A DNA stretch of 64,000 bases, from the NCBI GenBank assembly GCA_051362555.1, contig CM120643.1:7688001-7752000 (forward strand), given 5' to 3'. Origin of the DNA: Lingula anatina. Its lineage: Eukaryota > Animalia > Brachiopoda. Shown in pieces: positions 12,381-23,539 of the stretch (positions are counted from its first letter, which is position 1; each line of letters opens with the position of its first letter). A program made the position numbers and the translations under genes. The notes under the pieces are model-generated. The model was not told the DNA's origin, ran no database searches, and worked only from the letters and a program-made list of their open reading frames with translations.

Positions 12381-15300
12381 ATTAGGATTCCCCGTAGGGG
12401 AATACTATTGTTTTTGGTAGTATTATACACTATAGCTAATAAGTCCCCGGTCACTTTAATAGCACACGCTGTCTACATCAGACGCGCTAATGCGCACGTC
12501 CCCGACAGTGTTAATGATAGGGGGATTACGATGGACAGCGCATGTTGCTCACAGCAGTAGGCACTGCCGCCGAAGTTAAACCGGTAATTAAGTCTTTAAC
12601 TTGACTAAACATGTTTTGCTTTGTAACTTGCGTCCTTCAGTCTTGCTGTTGCGGAAGCGCCGGCGGGACATATCTCCACCTTGCCGATATTTATCCCGAC
12701 TCTCGACTTTAAAAGTATTATTGGTTTTGATTTTATCAAAGTCTTATTATATCAGAAAACCTGCATATTTTCATACGTTAAGAGAATTATAGAAACTGTA
12801 GAAAAAGCTACTCGTACATCAGGGATAGAAAACAACACCTTGCAGCACTATTACCTATTATTCATCACCGGAAGTTACTGTTTCACTTTTTTCACCCAAA
12901 TTACAAAGTCTGATGACAACTGAAAGCCTTTAGCCATACCTCAGGGCAGTGGGAGATAGTCTGGATTTGATTAAATGTAATAAAAGTATATTTTGAAGAA
13001 TTTTCCTAGCCTTCGGCAATTTCCGCAAAGCTTCGGCATGCGCGGCAATACAGAGCTGTCGATATCTGACTGTGTGAACAATAGAAGTGGTGGAACAACG
13101 GTTAACGTCGTTGAGTCCTCTGTAACCTACCCGACGGGAGTTCGTGTCCCTGTCGGTACTTTTGAAGATTTTGAAATTGTCATTATTATAAATATCTATT
13201 AATATATAAAACAGTCGTGGCTAATTGTTTTTGCAACGGAAAGCACAGTAGGAAGGTTTGTTGTTATTGTTTAAGTTATTATTACTGGGGACATAAATTA
13301 GTATGCTAATCTCTTATCATGGTATAATGATTGATACGATGGGTATCAAATAGTTTTCCTTTGATATAAACAACAAAAGAGCGGCCTTCCAAATATCTTT
13401 GCTGAATGTTTATAACGTAGGTACTATTATGCGCAAAAATATTGATACATGACGCAAACGACATTTACTAATTTTGGTAATATCAATTTTAATTAAAATT
13501 AAATTTAATTGAAATTAAAATTAAAATTTGTCTAAACGTGCATATTACCATTCACCTTGTTTAAAGGGTTCGCAACACTTTACATTCTAATACATTTTGC
13601 CAATTTTCATGTTTGCTAGTTTATTTTGATTTGAGAGAAAGCGAGAGAAGACCCTCTACTAGGGCCGCAAATTAATTATGAGTATTTTTCTTCAGTGCAA
13701 GAGACTGTGTAATGAAAAATCAATCTGTAACTCTGGTATAGGGTGGCCTTGTGTGTGTAATAATATACAAGTAGGGGCAGGGGTACAGTTTTATAGTACA
13801 AATAGTCATTTATACATCTTATTGATCTCATCGTCGGGTCATGTTTACAATAGCGCTTTGGCGCTGTGCGTACCTTTTTGCATTTGAGTTAGACTCAGTC
13901 AGTAACAGCTGGTGATTTTGTCTTTTTTGCGTTTCATTGACAATATTTTGGCCACCTAAGTAGGGAAATGTGGCTCTTTGTTTTGAAATGACATTTCCAT
14001 TGTTCCTTTGAACATGCAAAAGTCAACACACTTACGTCAACATACTTACTTTGTAATACCAACCCAGGGGAAGAAACAAAAGCCTCATAAGGTGTCGTCA
14101 TTCACACTGTAAAAGGTGTTAATTTCATGCTTCTATTGTTTGCCCATGAATCATTATGACAAATTTGTAGGGTTGCCAGATCACTGGCGCTTCATTCAAT
14201 TCTCTATATCTGCCCTGCAGCCTGGGATGAGTGATACTTGACTGACCTTTGTTTACATCTGGAGATTTTCTTTTTAATTCGATCAGTGTGCAGATACAGA
14301 TACATAATAACATAAGATTAATACTAAAATTTAGCCCTGATACAAAAACCCCTATTTGAGCGCTTATTCCTGACTGCGTTAATTACGGGTGATTAGAAAG
14401 TAATCTATGTGGACGCAGGAGCGATGATCGCTACTCTTACCAACGGTAAATCACCGATTTACTTGACTCCGCTACTTCGAGCAAAATCACACACCACCAA
14501 AAGACAAATTAGACCACGTTCGTCCTCTTATTAAAACAAAGAATGTAAAAATGTGATGTCGGTCAAAGAAGAGGCCTAGACTACGTGCTTCATGGTTTAT
14601 TAGATAGGCCTATTCATTGGATTTTTTTTATTTCATTATTATAGCTTCACCTCGCGAGCCCCTTTTTTATATATTTAAAACACAGCACCCCACTGGTTTC
14701 GCGATCATGAAGAAAGGGAGTGTAGCAAAGAACCTCATAAATGGTCGTAATAATAGGTGGTTGCATTGTAGGCCTAACCTTGTTCATTTTAGTCGACAGA
14801 CTAAGCTAGAAGAAAGAAAAGATCATTATCGCCTCTCTTTACTTAGGAACAATAAGGATGGCTAGTGGCAGCATTTATAAGTTCTTTTATTTAGAAACTT
14901 TCCGATCCTTTGTCTGGGACTGCGTCCGAGAAACGGCGATAACGACAGAGACGTCCTCGATCATTTTGGACTCAGTGCAAATAAAAAAAAATCCGTTAAG
15001 AAGTAGCCTTTAAATGTCCTGGCAAATAATTTTGCGATGGCTCAGAGAGTTCTAGAATGAATGACAAGCAACGACATTAGGGTTAATAATAGACTAAAAA
15101 CTATCAGAGTGTAGGCCTGTCTTACTTCATTTCTAAGGCCATCTTGTGATACGAGTCATGCTACACTACAAAAGAGGGGGTAGCAGTGGATGATTTAATA
15201 CAGGGATACCATCGATAGTATATCAATAGAAATTTTTTTTAATTCATTAAATATAAACGGTCTTTTCTCTTACAATGGGTCTGGTATAGTTGTATTGGCC

Positions 15301-16700
15301 TATCAGTTGGAAACACGTGGTTTGTCTACAATTGCAAATGGCGGAGGAGCCGTGGTAGTAATTGTCGTAAAATTAGCTGGATAGAGAAAATTATTCATTA
15401 AATTTAGTTTTCGAGCGTCAGCTTAATCTGGTCAAATGCGAGACGAAAAAAATGATAGATAGAGCCTTATGACCCACTGTAGAATGATGCCAAATAATAC
15501 ATCAACGACGTAGTTTATCGGCAGATAAACGTGTTTCCATTCTCGGCTGACTGAGGAAAGGTTTGAGAGAGCATTTAAAGAAGAGGCGGTCGAACCAATA
15601 GTGAGTAGGAAGTGTGCTGCAATCAAGACGAACAATACCGATCATAAGTGGACAGCTAATAACCCCTAATTAACCCCGGGTTACGCGCTGCTGTGTTGAC
15701 TCCTTGCTGGGAAGGGGTAGCGGCCTCCTACTGCTGTGCGTAATCAAACATTGTCTTCTAACATGCGGCTACACGACGGTTGCATTGTATTAATAAAGTA
15801 ATACCTATTCATAAGGAAGGGGGCGGATGGTAATCTTACGAGAATTAAATCAGTTATCGATCATACGCGTACCAATAGTCGTGTTTTTTTTTAGCTATAC
15901 GGTAGTTATTATTATTATTCTTTCCGCGCGTTTTTTTTCGCGAAAAATCTGAAATAATTTACATAGGTAGCCTATGGTAAGAATATGCCATAGACCCAGT
16001 TTCAGTGAACTTGACCTACTTTTCAAGGTCACAGAGGCTTTTAAAGGCAAAATTTGTAAAATTTGAAATTGACATTAGGCCTTAAGTATAAGCCGTATGG
16101 CTATGGGCCTTATGGTCAGTTATACTGAGGTGAATCCACATATAATGACCTATTTTTATGCAAGTAGGTCAAGGTCAAGGTCGCTAATGGCCAAACGGGC
16201 TCAAAAAAGGTTTGTTTCCGAGATCTCAGAAACCGGAAGTCTCAGAGCCCCGATCATAGTGTCAAATAATGCCCTATATATTTATCTAAGGTTAGCCGTA
16301 CTTTGGTAGCGCCTGCTTAATTACTTTTTTTAATATAGATTTTTAAATATTTATGACATTGCAGAAATCTTGAGTTTGGCAGTTTCTCCATGAAACACTG
16401 GTTTTTGGTCATAGCATGCTATAGTAAACTACCCCAAACATATACCCAAAACCCCCAATTCAAATGTCAAATTTGACCTTGACCCTCATTTTCAAGGTCA
16501 TTTGGCTATTTCATGGAGAAATATTGAAGTGGGCTAAAATTGATGTTTTGTTGACCCCCCCCCCCCCAATTCGCACATGCTCTTACAGAATATGGGGTCA
16601 AATTTAACCCATGACCTTCACTTGACCTTGTAAGAGCCTTTCCACGCCTATTTTGCAGGGGAATCCTTCGCCACTGGCTTAAGCCAGTTGCAGTCTAGTT
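12381..16700 (+). mobile_element. Non-autonomous Helentron-associated element (HINE/DINE-like), split by a 3.5-kb insertion
   Basis: 5' hairpin ggattccccgtaggggaat at 12385; matching inverted subTIR ggggaatcc at 16658; 3' palindrome actggcttaagccagt at 16673-16688; terminal CTAGT at 16695-16699; internal tgacct/aggtca motifs. Confidence 0.7.
12428..15902. mobile_element. TA-flanked insertion with short imperfect TIRs (Tc1/pogo-like non-autonomous element)
   Basis: Left end cactatagctaa versus right end ttagctatacgg (reverse complement ccgtatagctaa). TA lies on both sides. Removing the insert rejoins the HINE 5' end to its (tta)n tract. Confidence 0.5.
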
Positions 16701-16779
16701 GGTATTTGTGTCTTTACAAGGAAAGAGGGGAAACACATTACCTATCTTTATTTGTATTTTTAAAAAAAAACAAAAACAA

Positions 16780-19150
16780 CCAGACATTTTGTCTGCTATC
16801 AGCATCAGTTACCTGTGACTCTTGCACAACTGGGTGAGATGAAGATATTCCTGTTGCTGCCTTTTTATGTCTGCTTCTTATAAAATACATGTCCCCCATG
16901 TCCAGCCAGGTAGAGTCAGTTCACCTAGAAGACACCATGCTGTATGGAGACTGGAGCTGGAAAAAGAGACATGACAATGTATAAGTGAAGGAACACTAAT
17001 TATCTTAACACAAAGAAAAGAAAAAAACCTGACAGTCCACCAGAGCCAGTTGGGTAAAATATTAAAACTATGGTACACTGCCAAGTGCCCACCTTATATG
17101 GTAGACATCATTGTTGTGGTGATTGAACTGTGATAAGTTAAAAATAACCTTGTCTTTTGAAAGCTACTGGACACAATTGTGACTGCTGAGACCAGCACAT
17201 TCTCAGATTGAACACAGTTAAATAAACAGAACTCTGCCATATCTGTTGGAATTTTTGTGAAATTTGCACACAAAATGCCTAATAATTGTAAAAATCTGGA
17301 ATAATTATATCAATTGGCTGTGATTAATTGAAAGACAATTTCTGAGGAGTAATTTGAGAGAAGTCACTAAGGAAATTACTAACAAAAAATTTAAATCATG
17401 ACAAAATTACTCAAACTTTAAGGGAACAAAATGTAATAATGCTTTTTTTTCTCAAAGGAGGAAGACTAAGAGACCAATTATATACTGTCAAGTGACTTGT
17501 AAAACACTATCAACCATTAGTTTAGTGAACCACCTGCAAGCAGTCCAGTTACTGTCATGGCAACGGGTCATCCCAGGGAAGTAATGACCATTGCTCCACT
17601 TTGGGTCCAATAAACTTCGTCCCAATCTACGGAGACGCTTCACAACAACAACATGTTCAACAACTGTCAAACCATATGTGTGAACTAGAAAAAAGATAAA
17701 CATTCTAAAACAAGTTAATCAACCACTTGACCACTGATGCTACAATGGTACTAAATATCCAGCACTTCAGCCAACAAAGTAACATGTCCTTTAGACACTA
17801 AATATAAAGAGTAAAATGCACATGTACAATATTTATTAATAAGTTGAAGTATTCATTTTTTAGATGCTTTATGCATAAATAATTAATGGATCAAATTAAA
17901 CAAATGCACTGGTAACAAATGAGAGATGTGGATAAAAAAATGCCCTTCACAACTATAAAGCTTCAATGCACATTACAATTTAAAGTTTTTAAAATAAAGA
18001 AGTGTGGTTATTATAAAACCCATGCTTTTCAAGTCAAGTTGAAAAACATTTAAATCCAAAACTTGTGAAAACTGGCCTTGTGTCTCTACAGAGGTAAGAA
18101 AGAACACTAATTATACCCACTGACTGTTACTTGAAAAACAAATCCAACTGTTCATTTTGTGTACTACCTGCAAGAAGTCCAGTTACCTGTTTTCCATGAC
18201 TGTCCTGTCTCTGGCTCTTCACAACCCATTCATCCTGAAACTTGATGTGTCTTCCACAACTGTGTGAGATGAAGGGATATTCTTGCAGCTGCCGTTTCCG
18301 GTCTATTTCATATTAACAATACATGTCCCCCCATGTTCAGCCAGGTAAAGTCAGTTCACCTAGAATACACCATGCTGTATGGAGACTGGAGATAGAAAAA
18401 GAGACAAGACATTATATGAATAAAGTGGCATAAATTTTCTTAATAAAAAGACAGAACTCTGACAATCCACAAGAGCCAGAAAATTAATTAACCTACAATA
18501 TACCAAATGTCCACCTAATATGGCAGACATCAAAGTTATGGTGACTGAAGAGAGAAGTTTAAAATGTCTTTTGGAGGCTGCTGGGCACAATTGTGACTGG
18601 TACAACTGTCACAATCTTAAACTGATCAAAGTTGAATAAACAGAACTCTGCCAAATCTTCTGGGATTTTTGAGAAATCTGCACACAAATTGCCTATAAAC
18701 AATGGCTGTAATAATCTGGGATAAGTATATCAGTTGAATGTGCCTTGTAGAAGTACATTTTGTTAGGAGTAACATGAGAGAAGTGAAAATTTTATTTAAA
18801 TTTAAAGGAAGCACAAAATATGATAACTGGTTTGTTGATCTACAGGGGAAGGATAGAAGACAAATTATCTATTGTAACAGGACTTGTAAAACAAAACCAA
18901 GCAATAATTTTGTGCACTACCTGCAAGGAGGTGTTTTTGGCATGGTGATGGGTGACGGTGGGTAATGACCACTGCTCCACCTTGGGTCCAATACATATCA
19001 TCCCAAACTGACCACATCAAGCAGGCCACTACAGAGAAACATGACACTGTACAACAGCTGTCAAACTGTGTGTGAACTAGAAAAAAAGAAAACCATTCAT
19101 TATAAACATTCAACCACTAATGATCAGAAGCTAAAAAATATCAGAATACA
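16780..19150 (-). repeat. Diverged ~1.4-kb tandem duplication with exon-like blocks
   Basis: 16810-17760 aligns with 18240-19150 (e.g. cagccaggta.agtcagttcacctagaa.acaccatgctgtatggagactggag; gctccac.ttgggtccaata). Minus-strand AG/GT boundaries are present, but no recognisable protein. Confidence 0.75.
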
Positions 19151-19249
19151 CAGATGGGGAAAGGTAGCAGACTTTCACTTTACTGTATCTGCCAGAAGAT
19201 ACTCTGTTATCAGACAAGGCCTTCCCAGGCCACGACCTAATCACCCAGT

Positions 19250-20240
19250 TTAATGCGAGCGTGCATTGCAATTTGGGTTATATTCAAATAGAAGGGCGCA
19301 ACATACCAATGCAACAAATGGAGTCGCGTGCACAAGACATAAAGATAGCTCAGGTTAGCGTGTCAAGAAATGTGGTAGTACCTCTTAATTCAGCACTTAG
19401 GATAACGAGCGAGATCGACGAAAAGTTGGAAAAATACATCGTTGAAAGTAGAGAAGAAGAGGGACTACTAATACCGAGAACTGTCTTGTCTGAAAATTGT
19501 CTGAAAACCAGTCGTGTGCCTCGTAAACCCATCTGATTTCAATTTCGGAAATTTGAGAAAACCCTGTTTCGCACTTCGGTTTACATTGAGTGGGAGGGGG
19601 GTCTACTAAAATTGATCAATCCAGCGCTCGTGTTGTCAGTACTATAGATGAGACAATGACTACCGATCTACTGGTGGGATTACCTGAAATTACGCATGTA
19701 AAATCAGCAGTCCCTAAAACCAGAAGGGATTCTACAAACACACTTGTGGTATTCAATTTACCAGTGGAAGATTCAATTTACCCTCCTATAACTGGTAAAA
19801 TCCCTAGAACAAGTGTGCACCCAAACATGACAAAACTTGTGGTATTAAATTCTACAAGGGTTTGTGGTGTTAATTCCCCTAATTCGGAGAATATCCCTAA
19901 AACAAGTACCCGATTTAAAAATGACACAAAAAGTAAACAACCTCTAAAGGTGGGTGGAAGCACTCAGGGCCCTTAAAGTTCCCCATCTGCCGGAAAGGGG
20001 TTAGTTGAAGAAAAAATTAACACCGAAATTTTCAAGTCACTTGTAAAGGGGTCACCTCAGGCGCGGAATTTTCAACAAATCGCTGGTGAAGTTCACGCCG
20101 GACTAGATTCTTCTGGACGCATCGCTAGCAAAACGTCAGAAATTCCTGATCATGTAAAAGTGGTTTATGAAACATCTAAGGGGAATTTAAACAAAATTCA
20201 GAAGGAAAAATTAAAGAATGTTCTATCTGAATTTCAGATA
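19250..20240 (+). mobile_element. Gypsy/Ty3 LTR retrotransposon pol fragment (protease-RT linker)
   Basis: CNLGYIQIEGRNIPM...AQVSVSRNVVVPLNS...LLIPRTVL and IPDHVKVVYETSKGNLNKIQKEKLKNVLSEFQ resemble the segments that precede RT in invertebrate Gypsy pol. RT itself is absent. Confidence 0.65.
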
Positions 20241-20274
20241 GAACCCTGGCTGCCTTTGGTCTTCCATACTCTGG

Positions 20275-21042
20275 CAAGTTAGAAGGTCTTAAGGGTTTGC
20301 TTCCTGTTTGCTCTGGGAAAGAGGTAGAGTTGGTGGGGACTGTAGCTATTTACTGCAATCCCCAAGACATATTCCACTAAGGGGTATCTTTCCTCTTTAT
20401 CTGGGGTCGAGTATGTAGCTATTGGTTTTCACCCTAGGCTGGCCGGCAAGCTTTCTCAGGGCAATCTGGACCAAGCAATTAAGACTTTCTCAGAGTTGGT
20501 TAAGATGCCGCTAGTAACAGCTTTTGGTGAGGTAGGTTTCGACCACACTGAAGCCATGTCTAAATGGCAGGATCAGGTTGAGTTGCTCCACAGACTTCTG
20601 CCTTTTCTAGAGGCCAGGCATGTCCTGGTTGTGCACTGTAGGGGAGTGAGGGGAGATTCTGGAGTTCTCCATAAGGTCACTTTTGTTTCACCTGAAACTG
20701 TGTGGCGTTCTGCAGTCCCAGAGGATTCATTTTCACTCCTATACAGGCACATAGTAGCTTAATGAAATTTGGGGAAAGCAGCAACCAAACACCCTTTTTG
20801 GTTTTACTCGTGTTGCTGCCACCTTTAATAAAAACCAACTAGCAGCACTTAGGGCAGTACCTGACTCTAAACATTTTTTGGAATCTGATGCTTCCTATTT
20901 TGCTTGAAAAAAAGGAACCCTTTCTACACCCTTTACAATCTATGAAACTGCAGAGGTTCTGGAGGGGCACAGAGGGGTGGAAGCAGCTCACATTTTAAAA
21001 ATCACAACTAAAAATGGTACTTCCTTATATAAAAGGGAGTAA
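20275..21042 (+). pseudogene. Intronless TatD-family DNase, disabled by frameshifts and stops
   Basis: Motifs in TatD order: VAIGFHPR, AFGEVGFDH, VLVVHCRG, IHFHSYTG, LFGFT, AVPDSKHFLESDASYF, TPFTIYETAE..., ITTKNGTSLY, stop at 21040-21042. Confidence 0.9.
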
Positions 21043-21341
21043 CCAGGGATCTGGAAATATATATATACATGATGAAACTTCTTTAACTTTGGGCAATTCT
21101 AAAAAACTATGAAAACTTCTTGGCACTGAATTTAAAAAGAAAAATTCATATTTCCCTGAAGCCCCTCTCCTCCTCCTGATCTGGGAGTTCATCGGAAATA
21201 TGAAAGTTACCATCAATATTTACAATATTCATTTATTTATTTGATTATCATTCATTATTTATTTGTATATATCATTTTATAGATACACTGATGCACCTGC
21301 AGCAGCACGTATATGTATCACTTGTCATGCATTATACACAT

Positions 21342-21351
21342 GTATATATAT

Positions 21352-21422
<71 letters not shown>
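21342..21422. repeat. (TA)n microsatellite
   Basis: About 80 bp of near-perfect TA dinucleotide. Confidence 0.98.
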
Positions 21423-21425
<3 letters not shown>

Positions 21426-22532
21426 GTGTATATGTATATATACATGTATATGTGTATTTCAATATCAGTAGCACTTATTGCATCATTGTGCATTCTATTG
21501 CAGGAAGCAATACAGCACCTTAGCACCAGTTTGTTACTAGGTACAGTGTACCAGCACAAGTATTTATTTCTATTTTAAATATTATTTATTTAGAATTTTG
21601 GTCTATCACCAAATCCTACATGAAGAAATGTCCCAAACTTTTAAAATTTCTTTTTTTTTTTTTTTTGGCTTTCCAGTATTTATATTTGTGGATAGACTAT
21701 CACTGTATCACTGTCAGTGATATGACTAACTGCTAAATCAACAGTTGTCAAAGTTAATCCTATATTTTTTTTCTCGACAGACTATCACATATGTTAGAAA
21801 TAAGGAACATTTTATTAAAGCTGCAATAAGCTCGTATCTGTTGTTTGATATTAAATATATTGTACACATTTCATGCAGTAAAGTTTGCATATGGTCTTCT
21901 TATGCAGCTTGAAGAGGGTATTTTGTACTATCAAAGAGAAAGAACACCAACTAATGTAGAAGTTGGTAAAAAAAAAAAAAAAAAAACGGTGTGGGGAGAG
22001 TGGAGAAAGGTAGTAGAAAATGAGGAGGAAATGACCACCATACAGCAGCTGCACAATTGAAACTGTTAAAAATCGACTTACAATAAATAAATGTTAGTTT
22101 TTTACTTATGTCTGACAGAAGATCGTGTCAAACCCTAAAATGCCCCAACTTCAAAATGCAAATTTCTTAAAATAACATAAGCGCATATATAACACAGTCT
22201 TTAACTCTTACTCCATTATGGTTTACACTTGTTGATAAATAGTGTTATAATATTGTATTATAATATGATCATTTTTCTATTAAACATATATATGCTTTAA
22301 TACAAAATTTCTATATTACAGAACACTGCCAGAAGAGACGAAGATGAACCACAGCCATTTACTAGTGGAATAAATGAAAATTAACCCATTAAGTCAGATT
22401 GAATAAAATTGATTGTCATACCGGTGTGGCGTGTAGGGCTCGGAGCGTGAACCATCCGTTCTGCACATGCGCACAAAGCGCAGGCAAATCTGAGAGTCTT
22501 CAGCGTGTACAGTCCGTCTCTATCGATTTATC

Positions 22533-23467
22533 CACGCTCGGCTGTCACCTTGATTGGATAGTAAACGATTGTCGTAAAATCGCTAAATGATATTAAAACC
22601 GGGTGCATAAACTTGAAAACCACCTACAACAACCTTGGACTGCCACATTAATCCAATACAATGCAAACATAAACTATAACAAGTGGTTAAAGCCTTTAAA
22701 CCGAATGTCGTAAAGTCCCCATATACCTCCGTAGAGACAATAAAATAGAATGAGCTTCTGAAACAAACCTGATCCAGTTCCAACAGAATAATCGAAATAA
22801 AATACTGCCGGGCATCGGAGCGGCCTAAAACTTGGCACGCTTACCGCTAATACTGCAGGCTACATCATTCCGTCGCTCGTTTGTAAATTCCGTGCATGGC
22901 ATACGCACAATCAAACCGTAAAAAACAAATTCTCGGGGTGTCGTTGGCCAGGTCCACTCTAACCTACCATTACGAAAAAGAAGCCATGCCATTGGACAAT
23001 GCGACCTCTGCGGTTACGTTATTTCCTGAATTGGATTGTTGCGTGGACCTAGCCAACGACACCCCGAGAATTTGTTTTTTACGGTTTGATTGTGCGTATG
23101 CCATGCACGGAATTTACAAACGAGCGACGGGATGATGTAGCCTGCAGTATTAGCGGTAAGCGTGCCAAGTTTTAGGCCGCTCCGATGCCCGGCAGTATTT
23201 TATTTCGATTATTCTGTTGGAACTGGATCAGGTTTGTTTCAGAAGCTCATTCTATTTTATTGTCTCTATGGAGGTATATGGGGACTTTACGACATTCGGT
23301 TTGAAGGCTTTAACCACTTGTTATAGTTTATTTTTGCATTGTATTGGATTAATGTGGTAGTCCAAGGTTGTTGTAGGTGGTTTTCAAGTTTATGCACCCG
23401 GTTTTAATATCATTTAGCGATTTTACGACAATCGTTTACTATCCAATCAAGGTGACAGCCGAGCGTG
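22533..23467. mobile_element. 935-bp foldback/MITE with 425-bp inverted arms and 8-bp TSD
   Basis: 22533-22957 is the near-perfect reverse complement of 23043-23467, with an 85-bp spacer. GATTTATC is duplicated at 22525-22532 and 23468-23475. Confidence 0.95.
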
Positions 23468-23539
23468 GATTTATCAATACATTATGCTCGATTTATATAA
23501 GATTTGATAAGTAGAAGTATTTAACAGATGATAAGAAAC

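Noticed and set aside
20275-21042. Bacterial contamination (tatD)
   Set aside because: It is pseudogenised and contiguous with Gypsy sequence and eukaryotic repeats, with no operon context.
21263-21559. YIYI-repeat ORFs on both strands
   Set aside because: Translation of a (TA)n microsatellite.
22533-23467. Assembly foldback artefact
   Set aside because: The arms differ at several positions and are flanked by an exact 8-bp TSD, which favours a real insertion.
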